A stretch of DNA of 35,068 nt, from contig JBDRPD010000042.1 of the NCBI GenBank assembly GCA_043827405.1, forward strand, positions 1 through 35,068, given 5' to 3'. Shown here one piece after another: positions 1 through 12,000 of this stretch. Numbering within the stretch: the first letter of the stretch is position 1; each line of letters opens with the position of its first letter. The notes beneath the pieces were generated by a model that saw only the letters and a program-made list of their open reading frames with translations, searched no databases and was not told the origin of the DNA. Source of the DNA: Elusimicrobiota bacterium (GTDB lineage: Bacteria; Elusimicrobiota; Elusimicrobia; UBA1565). A program made the translations under genes and the position numbers.

Positions 1-2
1 CG

Positions 3-3000
3 GGTCCCGGCGCGCCGCATCCCGACGGCGGCGCCGCCGGCGCCGACGCCGACGGCGGCGACGACCCGGGCGGCGGCGGCGGCGGCGGCATCGTCGCGGT
101 CAATGTTACGGGCTCGATTAGCACCACTCTCAGCGCCATGACGGCGGATGGCGGCGCTTCCGGCGGCGGGACCGCGCTTGCGGGTGCGGTCGGCGCGCTG
201 CCCGCGGGGCCGGGCTTGGTCGATGATATCGCGGTCGGCGTCATCGTTTCTACCGGGCTGGGGGCTTCGTCCATGACGGCGACTTTAACCTGGACGGCGC
301 CCGCAGCGGGCGCCGCCGGCGGCGAGAACGCATTCTACGACCTGCGCTACGACACCAATCCCATCCTGACCCAGGCGGACTACGACAATGCACCCAATTC
401 GGTACTGTTTGCCACCGCGGTAGTGGCCAGCGCCGCCGAGAGCGCCCAGATCGAGTTCTTGGATGCGGCGGCGACGCACTACTTCGCGGTGTCTATGATC
501 GACAACTTCGGCCTGAAGGGGGGGGTGTCCAATGCGGCGACGGCATTGGCCTATGTCACGAGCGTTATCGGCGGCATCAACTCCCGCGGCGTCGCCTGGG
601 GCGATTACGACGGCGACGGCGACCTTGATTTTATCGTCGCCAAGAACGGCGACGAGTATATCGGCAAGAATAACGGCGACGGCACCTTTTCGCCTTTTAC
701 CATCAGCGGTTCGGGAATGAATTCCCTGGCCGTCGCCTGGTGCGACGTGGATCGCGACGGGGACCTGGATGCCGTTCTCGCCAATGCCGGCAACGAATCG
801 ATCCTGCGCAATGACGGCGGCGATAATTTCACCACCGTTACGATCGCTGATACGGCGGATACCTCCAACGGCATCGCCTGCGGCGACTACGACAACGACG
901 GCGACATGGACCTGGTGGTCGGGAATACGACGCTCGAAGACTACGTGGCGACCAATAACGGCATCGGCGGTTTCTCGACGGCGCCGCTTACCGGAACGGC
1001 CGTGAATACGAAGTCGGTCGCCTGGGCCGACTACGATAACGACGGCGATCTGGATTTCGTCGCGGCCGCCAACCTCACCAACGATTATATCGCCAAGAAC
1101 AACGGCGATGGGACGTTTTCAACCTTTACCTTCACCGCCTACGTTGCGAACTCCGAAGGCATCGCCTGGGGCGACTACGACGGCGACGGCAAGCTCGACA
1201 TCGCGATTGCCAATAACGGCAATACCGCCGTCTACCATAATGACGGCGGCGACGCCTTTACCGAAATCCAGATCGCCGACAGCGGCGGCAACAGCCTGGG
1301 CATCGCCTGGGCCGATTACGACAACGACAACGACCTGGACCTGCTGGTCGCCAACAGCCTTACGGAGCAGTACATCCTCAGCAACAGCGACGGCGCCGGC
1401 ACCTTCGTCAAGGTCACGCTGACGGGCTTCCCCGGCACCACGTACGGCGTTTCCTGGGGCGACTATGACGATGACGGCGATCTCGACGCGGTCGTCGGCA
1501 ACGACAGTGCCACGGAAGATGATTGGGTGTACCGCAACGATCTTTCGGTCAGCCACAGCGCGCCCTCCGTTCCGGCCGGGCTGACGCAGTATTTCGACGA
1601 GTTCGGCGCGGCGTCCAGTTCCGGCGTGCTGCGCCTCGAATGGAACGAGGCAGCCGATACGGAGACCACGGATACCGACTTGCTGGAATACATCGTCCGG
1701 GTCGGCACCTCTGCTGAAAACGGCGAGATAATGCCTTATCCCGCGCGTTTCAGCCAGGGGGGCTACGGCGGAGCCGGCTTCCCTTACAGCACGCGCGGTT
1801 CGACGGTCACGGGCAAGCGCGGTCTGCGGCTGGTTCTGCCCAAGGAGACGACCGTCTACTGGGCGGTGGGGGCGGTGGACGCGGAATTCACCCGCAGCTC
1901 GACCAGCACGGAGCAGGTCGCCTGGCTGGCGGCGCCGGCCGCGATCTCCGACCTCGCCGCCGTCTACACCTCGACCGGCCTGGGGGCGTCGTCGATGACC
2001 GTGACCTTGACCTGGACGGCGCCGGGGGCCAACGGAGGCGTCGGCGCGCTGGCCGGCGGCGCCTTCGACCTGCGCTACTCCACCGTCGGGCCGATCATGG
2101 ACCTTATGAACTACTCCACGGTCTCTTACCAGGTCATGCTGTCGACCTCGGTCAGCCCCGGCGAGCCGCAGTCGCATACTGTCGAGTTTCTCAATGCCGC
2201 GGTCACCCATTACTTCGCGATCACCACCATCGACGAGTACGGCGTGCGCTCGGCGCTCTCCAACCCGACCACGGCGCTGAGCTATATGGTCGCGCTGGTC
2301 AGCCCGTACCAGGATTCGGGAGATATTGCCTGGGGGGACTATAACCGCGACGGCCGCCTGGACCTGGCTGCGGCCAACGACAACAAGCGCGCCGCGCTGT
2401 ATACGCAGAATGCCGACGGTTCGTTCACCGCGGATTCCGCCGGAACGGAAACTAAGATATCCTTCGCGCTGGCGTGGGGCGACTACGACAATGACGGAGA
2501 TCTCGATTTGGCGATGGCTAACAGCAGCGCCGGGGACGAATATGTCGTCAAGAATAATAATGGCGAGTTCGAGTGGGTTAGCTTGGACGGCTCGCTGGGC
2601 GACTCGCTAGGTATTGCCTGGGGAGACTACGACAACGACGGCGATCTCGACCTGGCGGTGGCCAACGACGGGCAGGATAACTATATCGCTTCCAATACCG
2701 CCGGGGCGTTTTCTACCTTTACCGTCACTAGCGACGGCGCCGGATCGACCGGCGTGTCCTGGGGCGACTTTAATAATGACGGCTATTTGGATTTCGCCTT
2801 CGCCAACTACGGCGGGGATGTGGTCGTGGGTGTTAACAACGGCGACGGGACGATCTCGACGGCGGCGATCGCGAGCAGCGGGGGCAATTCATACGGGCTC
2901 GCCTGGGGCGACTACGACGCCGACGGGTATCTTGATTTGGCGGTCGTCAACGATAACGAAAACGTCTACCTGCTGCATAACAACGGCGCGGGCGGCTTTG

Positions 3001-6000
3001 CCGCGAAAAGCGAGATTCCGAACACGGACGTCGCCGGCCGGGGCATTGTCTGGGGCGACGCCAACAATGACGGCAAGCTCGACCTGGCGATCGCTGTGGA
3101 GACCGATGACGAAGTCGTGCTCTTCGGCGACGGCGCCGGCGGTTTCACCAAAATCACCCTGGTCGGTACGGGGCACAGCTCAACAGCGGTGTCCTGGGGG
3201 GACGCCGACGGAGACGGCGACCTTGATCTCGCGGTCAGCAACGACACCGAGAGCGAGTTTGTCCTGCGCAACGATATTATCGCCGCCCATACGCCGCCGA
3301 CGCCGCCCGCGAGCGGCTTCTCGGCGCGCTACGAAGAGTTCTCGGAGTTTTCCAGCTCGGGGACGCTGACTTTAATGTGGGGCCATGGCGCCGACGCGGA
3401 GACCACGGATGTTGATCTTCTGGAATACTTTGTGCAGGTCGGGACCACGGTGGCGGGCAGCAGCACCACCATGCGTATCCCGGAGGCCTTCGGCGCTTCG
3501 GGCACAGGCTTCCTTTATAGCACCCGCGGCTCGACCGATCCGGCGCGCCGCGGCATCAAGCTGCGGATGCAGGCCGAGACCACCGCCTACTGGGCGGTGG
3601 TGCCGATGGACGCCGAGCTCATGCGGGGCGCCACATCGGCCGAGCAGACGACGCCGGTCGTGGCGCCGCGGCGGATCAGCGATCTGGCGGTGTCGGTAAC
3701 GATATCTACGGCCATCGGCGCCAGCTCGATGACGGCGCGCCTGTCGTGGACGGCGCCGGGCGATGACGGCGGCATCGGCGCCATCATGGCCGGCGAATAT
3801 GATATCCGCTACTCCTCGCACGCCGCTATCCTGACCAACGCCGACTTCATCAACGCCGCCGCGTCCTTCCGAATCGCGGTTGCCACTTCCGTGAATCCTG
3901 ACGCCCCGCAGACCTATGACATCCCCTTCCTGGATCGCGCAACGACGCATTACTTCGCGATAACAACCAAGGATGGTCTTGGGGTGCGTTCGGCGCTGTC
4001 GAATGCCGCCACGGCTTTCAGCTATATTCAGGAAGTTGTCGGTACCGCCGACGCCTCGTACAATGCGGCCTGGGCGGATATAGACGGCGACGGCGATCTG
4101 GATTTCGTGGTCGCCAACTACGCGGCCCTTAAGGTTAAGGCGGTCAATAACGGCGACGGCACCTTTACCCAATCGGCGATCGCCGGCACCGCCGGCTCCA
4201 ATACGCGCGGCCTGGCCTGGGGCGATATGGACAATGACGGCGACCTGGACGCGGTACTCGCCAACGACAGCGATCAGGCCCAGACGATTTTAGTCAACGA
4301 CGGCAACGGCAACTTCTCGGTTTATACCCTGGCCGACACCAACGGCTACTCTCAGGGTGTAGCGGTAGCGGACTTCGACAATGACGGCGATCTCGACTTC
4401 GTGACCTCCGAGAGCGCGCAGGACTATGTGGTCCTGCATACCAATCTCGGGGGGCTCTACTTTTCATCGGCGACGGTGGCGGGCGGCGGCACGGGGTCGC
4501 GCGGGGTGACGGCCGGCGACATGGACAACGACGGCGATATGGATATCGTCGTCGCCAATAATACCGGCGGCGCCAATACTATGGTGCTCAAGAATAACGG
4601 CGACGGGACCTTTAGCGAAACCGAGTTAACCGACACCGGCGGCTACTCTAACGGCATCGCGCTGGGCGACTACGACGGTGACGGCGACCTGGATATCGCC
4701 GTCGCCAACGCGGGCAGCGGCGATTCCGGAGAGGAGAACTATATCCTGCGCAACAACGGCGGGTTGAGCTTCACCAAGATCACGCTCGTCAACGACGTTC
4801 AGGTCAGCCATGGCGCGCTGTGGGGCGACGCCAACAACGACGGCCGGCTGGACGCCGCCTTCGTCAACGAGTTGGGGGAGGATGCCGCGGTGTGGCTCAG
4901 CCAGGGCGGCGATGTTTTCGCGCGGCATGCCCTCTATGGCACCGGCGGCAGCACTCATTCGCTGTCCTGGGGCGACTTCGATGATGACGGTGACCTGGAC
5001 TTACTGCTGGTAAGCGGCCCGGACACGGTGGGCTATATCGTGCGCAACGATACCTCTGCCGCCAATACGGCGCCGAGTGCGCCCTCCGGGCTGACGGCGA
5101 CTTTCTCTGAATATTCTCTATTCGCCGACTCCGGCGTGCTGACGCTTAAGTGGAGCGATGCGACCGATACGCAAACCTCGACCGCGGCCCTGCGCTATTA
5201 TGTGCGCATCGGCACCACAACGACGGGCAGCAGCACCACGCTTAAAATACCGCCGCGTTTCGGCTACGACGGCTACAGCGGCGGCGGACTGCTCTACAGT
5301 ACGCGGCTTAGCGGCCTGGAACGCGGCTTCAAGATCGAGATGCAGAAGGAGACGACGGTATACTGGTCGCTGATCACCGAAGACGGGGCGCTCGCCCGCA
5401 GCGGCGATTCCGGCGAGCAGGAAGTGGATCTCTCCATCCCGCGGGCGGTTACCGACCTAACGGCCGCCATCGACAACTCGGTCCAGAGCTCCTCGGTCGC
5501 GTGGGTGGCGCTGTCTTTTACCGCTCCCGGCGAGAATGGCAATAGCGGCAACCTGCAGGCCGGCGCGCTCTTCGACGTCCGCTGGAGCACGGTCGGCCCG
5601 ATCAGTAGTGACGCTGAATATGAAGGGACGACGTTTAAGTCCATCGTCAGTGCGGCGGGCGCGGTGCAGGGCTCGAACAGCGCCTGGGCCAGCGTCGCCG
5701 TGAGCGCCTCGTCGAAGACCTACTACTTCGCCATGACCACGCTGGACCAGTTCGGTGCCCGCTCCGTATTATCCAACTCCTCCAATGGGGTGTTTCCCAA
5801 GATCATGCGCGAGCGGGTCTACGACTTGGCCGAGACCAGCATCCTCCAGGATCAGACTACGGGTTTTTTGCGCATTGATGTGTGGACCGACGGAGTCGGG
5901 CAGATTGTCAAATGGGAGAAGCTGCGGGTTAAAAAGATCGGCTCGCTTCCGGACGGAGCGATCAAGCTGGTGGGGTTGTGGAATGACTTGGGTTCGGTAG

Positions 6001-9000
6001 CGAAGACCTTCGACGACAGCGACAGTAAGCGGACGGCAAACGCGGTCTTTACTTCGAGTGAGGTGGTCCTGACCTTCAGCACGCCACAGTCGATCGATCA
6101 GACGACGAGCACCTATTATCTCGGCGCCCAGTTCGATCCGGCTTTCCTGCCGGTTGACGGCGCCTCGATCGCTTTGGTGCTTGTCGGCGACGCCTTCGTT
6201 GTTACCCAAGGCGGTGTCGGCGCGGTCGACTTCCCGGCGCTGGAGCTCGACGGCGTGGATGACGGCGCGATCGCGCCGTACCATGCGACCCTGAACGTAG
6301 CCCCTGACCCGATCACGGTCGAGGCCTGGGTGCGCACCACCGACGGCGGCGCCGACCGCGTCATCGTCACCCGCGGCCGCACCTCGCCGGTCGGCGGCTA
6401 CCGCTTGTGGCTCAACGGCGACGGCTGCGGTTCCGGCGTGCCCACACTTTATATCGGCGTCGATAAGCTTTGCGCCAATGCTCAGGACGCCTCCGTGCGC
6501 ATCGATGACGGCTACTGGCACCATGTTGCGGCGGCCTTTGACAACTCGGCCGGCAAGACGATTTATATCGACGGTGTCACCGTCGCGGTGGGAAATACTG
6601 ACGGTGTGCTGGATTTGAGCGACGCCAGCGAAGGCGGTCTCGGTATCGGTCGCTCCAGCGCGACGCTCGGCGGGCTCGGCAATCCACTGGCCGGCCAGAT
6701 TGACGAGGTGCGAATTTCCAAGATTTCGAGCCGCTACGCCCGCGATATCGAGTTCATCCCCGCCCGGCGCTTTGCCGACGGCGATATTAATTCGGTGGCG
6801 CTGTATCACTTCGACGGCGAACTGGACCCGGCACTCCAGTTCAAAGATCGTTCCAATGCCGGCAGCAACACGCTGACGGTTGTGGGCGCCGTCGGCGGCT
6901 ATGGGCGCTCGACCGCCACCGCGGTTACGGACGCCGCCGACGTCTTCGTCGCCAGCGGGACCGATGTCGCGCCGGCGACAATGTTCGAGAACCAGAAGGA
7001 TATCGCCATGCTGCGGCTGATGCTGTGGACCGAGAATGATCATGTCACGCTCGACGAGTTTTTTATCACCCCTTTGGGCGACGGCTCGGCGGTTGAGAAT
7101 ATCAGCCTCTATCTCGACGACGGCGACGAAGTGTTCGATAAGTTCGCCGACACCAATCTGATTAGCGGCAAAGAGTTCACGAACAGCACCGCGACCTTCA
7201 ATCTCGCGGGCGCCGGCAAGGCGCAGCTTATCAATACTTCCACCAAGTCCTACTTCATCGTCTGGGACGTCGCGGGCGGTATTGACCTGGACGTAAACCT
7301 GGGCCTGGAGATCGCGGCAACCACGAACTTTACGCTGTCGGGTTCGACCGACGCGGGGCTGAATTTGGGCTACCCCATTCGCTCCGGTACGCCGATGATC
7401 GTGGGCGCCGAGGTCTTCGTGACGCCGGAGGCCGCCACCGGGACGTGGATCAACACCTCCTCGATCGTATTCCGGACCAATGGGGCGTTCAATCTGGGCA
7501 ATGTGCTCGAGTACCGCTATGTATGGAACCAGAATCCCGTCACGGCGGTGGCTTGGGGCGATTCTCCGTGGACCGTCGGTAAAGCGACCGCGACCGCGGG
7601 GACCGACGCCAATGACTGGTACTTCCATGTCCGCGCCTTCGCCTCCGGGCCGACCGCGGGCACCCAGGAGGACTTCGGCCCGTTCTACGTCGACACCGCT
7701 CTGCCGACGGGCGCGGGCTTCCTGTCCTATAATTCGACCGCCGGCGCCCTGGCCGAGACGCAGTTTTCGGACCTGGCGGCGGATGTAACCGCCGAGTACC
7801 AGGTGGAGGACGCGCTCTCCGGCCTCAACCTCGACGGCCCGGCGCCGGTGGCGCCGGACTCCGGGACGATCAGCCTATGGCACTTCGATGAGCAGTCGGG
7901 CATTACTTGGTATGACGCCGCGGGGCCTAACCGCAACGATCTAAGCATCGTCGCTGGCGGGATGACGCGCACTCATGGCCGCTTTGGGTCAGCGCTGCTT
8001 TTCGACGGAGTGTCGTACCTGCGGGCGGTTCCTCTGAAGATCGAACTGCCTATCGGCAATGTGGAGTTTTCGTTTGAGTCGTGGGTGTTCCCGCTGTCGA
8101 CTGATACGACGAGCGGCATCACTTCCTGGGGTACTCCGAGCCAGCCGCTGCGCATCGCCCTAGACTCCGGCCAACTGGCGATCAACTTCGGGGGTGGCTA
8201 TGTGGCGCGGGGGCCGGTATTGAGCACTGGGGTTTGGCAGCATATCGGATTAACCTACGATGGGAGCACTTGCCGCTACTACGTGGACGGAGCCGAAGTC
8301 GGCAGCAACGGCTGCGGGGCGAGAGAAACCGGTCTGGGGGAGCTCTACATCGGGGGAACCGATGCGGGAGAACTCTTCCAGGGCGCGTTGGACGAGATGC
8401 GCATCCTGGACGTTGCGCTCAGCGCTGGCGAGATATACAACGACTATTCACGCGGCGACCCTTATTTTGTCTCTTACTCGACCAATGCCGGCAGCTCCTG
8501 GCAGTTTATCGCCTCGACCGATACCGCGGCGGCGGCGCATATCGAGCTGAGCGGGGCGCATGGCGCCGCCGGCCCGGAGACGCTGAAGGTCTACGGCCTG
8601 GATCTTGTGCTCTCGACCAGCGCCCAGACCACCAATAAGGGGACCAACCAGGTGCGCTTCCACGCCGCCGACCGTGCGGCCAATGTCTTTGTTGCCGGAC
8701 CGTTCGCCGTCCTGGTCGACACCAACGCTCCGGTCGCGGTTTCCACGCCGGCGGTCCCGGTGAACGGTGCCTTCGTCAGCCCCGGCGGCACCGATCCGGA
8801 CGCTCACCCCGACTTCCACTGGATCGGCCCCGATCCTTATCTGGTCAGCGGCATGGCCGGTGAGTTTTTCCTCGAGGTCGTCCAGGATGACGACACCTTC
8901 GCGGCGCCGCTCATCCGCATCTCGACGCCGGCCGAGGTCAGCGACTACGGTCTGGACCGCACCTTCGGCTCCTACCTTTCCACCTTCACTTTAACAGAAA

Positions 9001-12000
9001 ACAGCACCTACTACTGGCGCGTACGTGCGCGCAGCGGCCTCGGCATCTACAGCCCGTGGAGCCAGACGTCAAGTTTTGTCACCGACACGACGACGCCGAC
9101 CGCCGCGGATTTCCGGGTATTCAACTCGACGGCGGGGGATTTTCTTGAGTCGCAGAACATCGACCTGCTGACGGGGGTGACGGTCCAGATCACGCTCAAC
9201 GACGCGGCGCGGGCGGGACTCGGCCATTTCGCGGAGTACCCGTCCACCACCGACGTTCTGGGATATTGGAGCTTCGACGAGGTGGGCGGCGCGAACCCCA
9301 TCGACTCCTCCGGCAACGGCAATAACGGTACCTTGTCCTGCGGTCAGTTGAATTGCTCATCGGCCACCTATGCCGCTGGCCGCTTTGGCGCCGGCATTAG
9401 CTGCAACGGTGATCAGAGGCAGGGCGTTCTCTTCCCCAACGCGGACTTCAACTTTCCCGCCAGCAGCACGTTTACGCTCGAAGCCTGGATATTTCCGGAA
9501 AAGATCGACAGCAACCGTACGCTCATCGCGATGGGGCATCCCGGCTACCCGGCGGGCCGCAACTATGTATTCGGCACCTCTAAAGTCGGCGATATTACCG
9601 CCCTGCAGTTCGTGGCAAATACTGAGGGTAAGACCAGCAGCGGTCGCTCCATCCTGCGGGATCGCTGGCAGCACGTGGCAGTGGTGGTGGAGAGTTCCCG
9701 GATGCTCTTCTACATCAATGGCGCTTTTGACAGCCTCGAGTTCATCCCGGGTGGCGTGACCGGCGGCGGGACCATGCCGTTATCGATCTGTACTGGTTTG
9801 AATGAGGCCGGCGCGTTCAGCAGCGGCTACTATGGCATGATCGATGAGGTGCGCGTGGTGGGGCACGCCTTGGACGCCGAGCAGATCGCGGCCGACTATA
9901 CGGCCACTGCGGCAGGCCGCTTCGCGGTCGAATACTCTACCACCGCCGGACAGGACTGGAATATCGTCGGCGCCACGTATGCCGTTCCCGGCTATCCCTA
10001 TCTGCGCATCAGCGGCGATGCCGGCAGTATGGGGCCGCAGACTCTCGAAGTCCGTCTGCTTGATCTTACCCATTCGACTTCGTCCGCCACCGGCAGCCAG
10101 GGCACCAACCAGGTCCGCTTCCATGTGCCCGATCGTGCGGGCAATACCCTGGTTACCTCCCCGTACGCCGTTATCGTCGATACCGTGGCCGCGGCCTCGG
10201 TCGCCACGCCGTTATTTCCGGCCGACGGCGCCTACAGCGGATCGCAGCCGAATTTCCGTTGGGCGGGGCCCAGCACGACGACGGTTGTCCAGATGGGGAC
10301 CGGCTCCGTCTACCTGCTGGAAGTGGATGACAATCCCGACTTCTTCACGCAGGAGATCTACATCTCGACGCCGGTGCTGACCCAGTCGACCAGCGTGGCC
10401 AACGTCAGCGGCCTGTATGTCTCGACTTACACGCTGACGCACAATACGACGTATTACTGGCGGGTGCGCAGCAGAAACGAGCTGGGGCTGCTGTCCCCGC
10501 CGCTGACGGTGTTTACTTTCGTGACCGACCTGTCGTCGCCGGTCTCCTCGGGATTTATCAGCTACAACTCCACCTACGGCGCCGTGGCCGAAGGAGTGGT
10601 CAACGACCTGTCGGCGGGCGTGACCGTGGAGCTGCTGCTGCAGGATTCGGTGCTGGCGGCGGAATCGGGGTTGTCGACTCAGCCCGTGGCGGGAGCCCGC
10701 ACTTTCGGCGTTATCTACACGACCCAGACCGGGCAGAACCCGGTCTTCTGGACCGACGGAGGCTGGGGGCCGTCGTTCAGCGATCCATCGGGAACGGCGG
10801 TCGAGGCACTGGCGCTCTACGGGGGTGCGCTCTATGCGGGCACGCGCGGCGGCGCCTCGGCGCCGGTTTATAAATATGCGGGAGGCGGCTGGACGCAAGC
10901 CGGCGCGGCGCTGACCGGCAGCGCGGTCAAGTGCTTTGCCGAGTTCAACGGCAAGCTTTATGCCGGCGTCGACGGCAACGGCCGGATCTACTCTTGGAAC
11001 GGCGGGTCCTGGACGCAGGAGTTTGATACGGGAAAGAGCCAGACCAACGCCCTGGCGGTCTACAACGGACGGCTCTACGCCGCGACCGGCGGCAGCGGAG
11101 AGATATGGGCTTATGATGCGGGAACCGGTAATTGGTTTCGAGTTTTTGCCGGATATGTGGAAAGCATGTCCCGCTGGATCGATCCTATTTACGCGCTGGA
11201 AGTTTATAACGGTAGTCTGTTTGCCGCCGGTCAGGGTGGGATTATTGTTTCCAGTGGAACGACATTTACCGTCTCTAATAAGGGAAATGTGGGGTGGCTG
11301 TCGCTCGAGGTCTACAATAATGATCTCTATGCGGGAAATAATTCGGGGGGGGAAATTTTTAAGTTCGATGGTGCGGCCTGGGGGGCGCTGCCGGATAAAA
11401 ACACCCCGGAGGCAAGTGTCGCGGCGTTGGGAATGCACGATGGCCGGCTCTATGCTGGGGCGAACGGGGCTTCCCCGGGCCGCATTTATGTCAAGGACGG
11501 CCGCGACTGGCTTCTGGTGCGGCAACTTGCGACCGGCGATGAAACACGAGCCTTCCAGCACTATAATGGCCGGCTTTACGCCGGCACCAAATTATCGGCC
11601 AACGGCGTGGTCTACGTTTCAACACCTCTGGCCACCTCGCTCACCGGCGACGAGGGAGCGACCTCGGTGCAGACCCTGCGCGCGGAGGGTCTGACTTTCA
11701 CGCAGTCAACGATCGCCAGCGACTGCTTGGGGAGCCGGCAGAACCCGGCGGTCAGCTGTGCGGCGACTAACCAGGTACGCTTCACCGCCATGGACCGCGC
11801 CGGCAATGTCGCGGCTGCCGGACCCTACGCGGTGTTGGTAGACGCCCTGCTCAGCCAGCCGACGGCGGCCTATCCCGCCGCTGGCGAATTCATAATGACG
11901 GATGTGCCGGCCCTGTTGTGGCAGGAGAGCCCGGTGCAGCCCAAGCATGAAATAGAGATCGACGATGATGTTGAAATGACTTCTCCGGAATATACTTTGA

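Noticed and set aside
69..89. (GGC)7 tract as a phase-variation switch
   Set aside because: It is an in-frame triplet encoding poly-Gly in a Gly-rich motif, and slippage would not shift the frame.
138..140. ATG138 as the start of the giant protein
   Set aside because: The frame is open back to position 3, there is no RBS or signal peptide, and the upstream Gly-rich peptide continues seamlessly.
560..5060. Regularly spaced tggggcgactacgac repeats as a CRISPR array or DGR repeats
   Set aside because: They are degenerate coding repeats of FG-GAP blades (WGDYD). There is no cas gene, no reverse transcriptase and no adenine-specific TR/VR pair.
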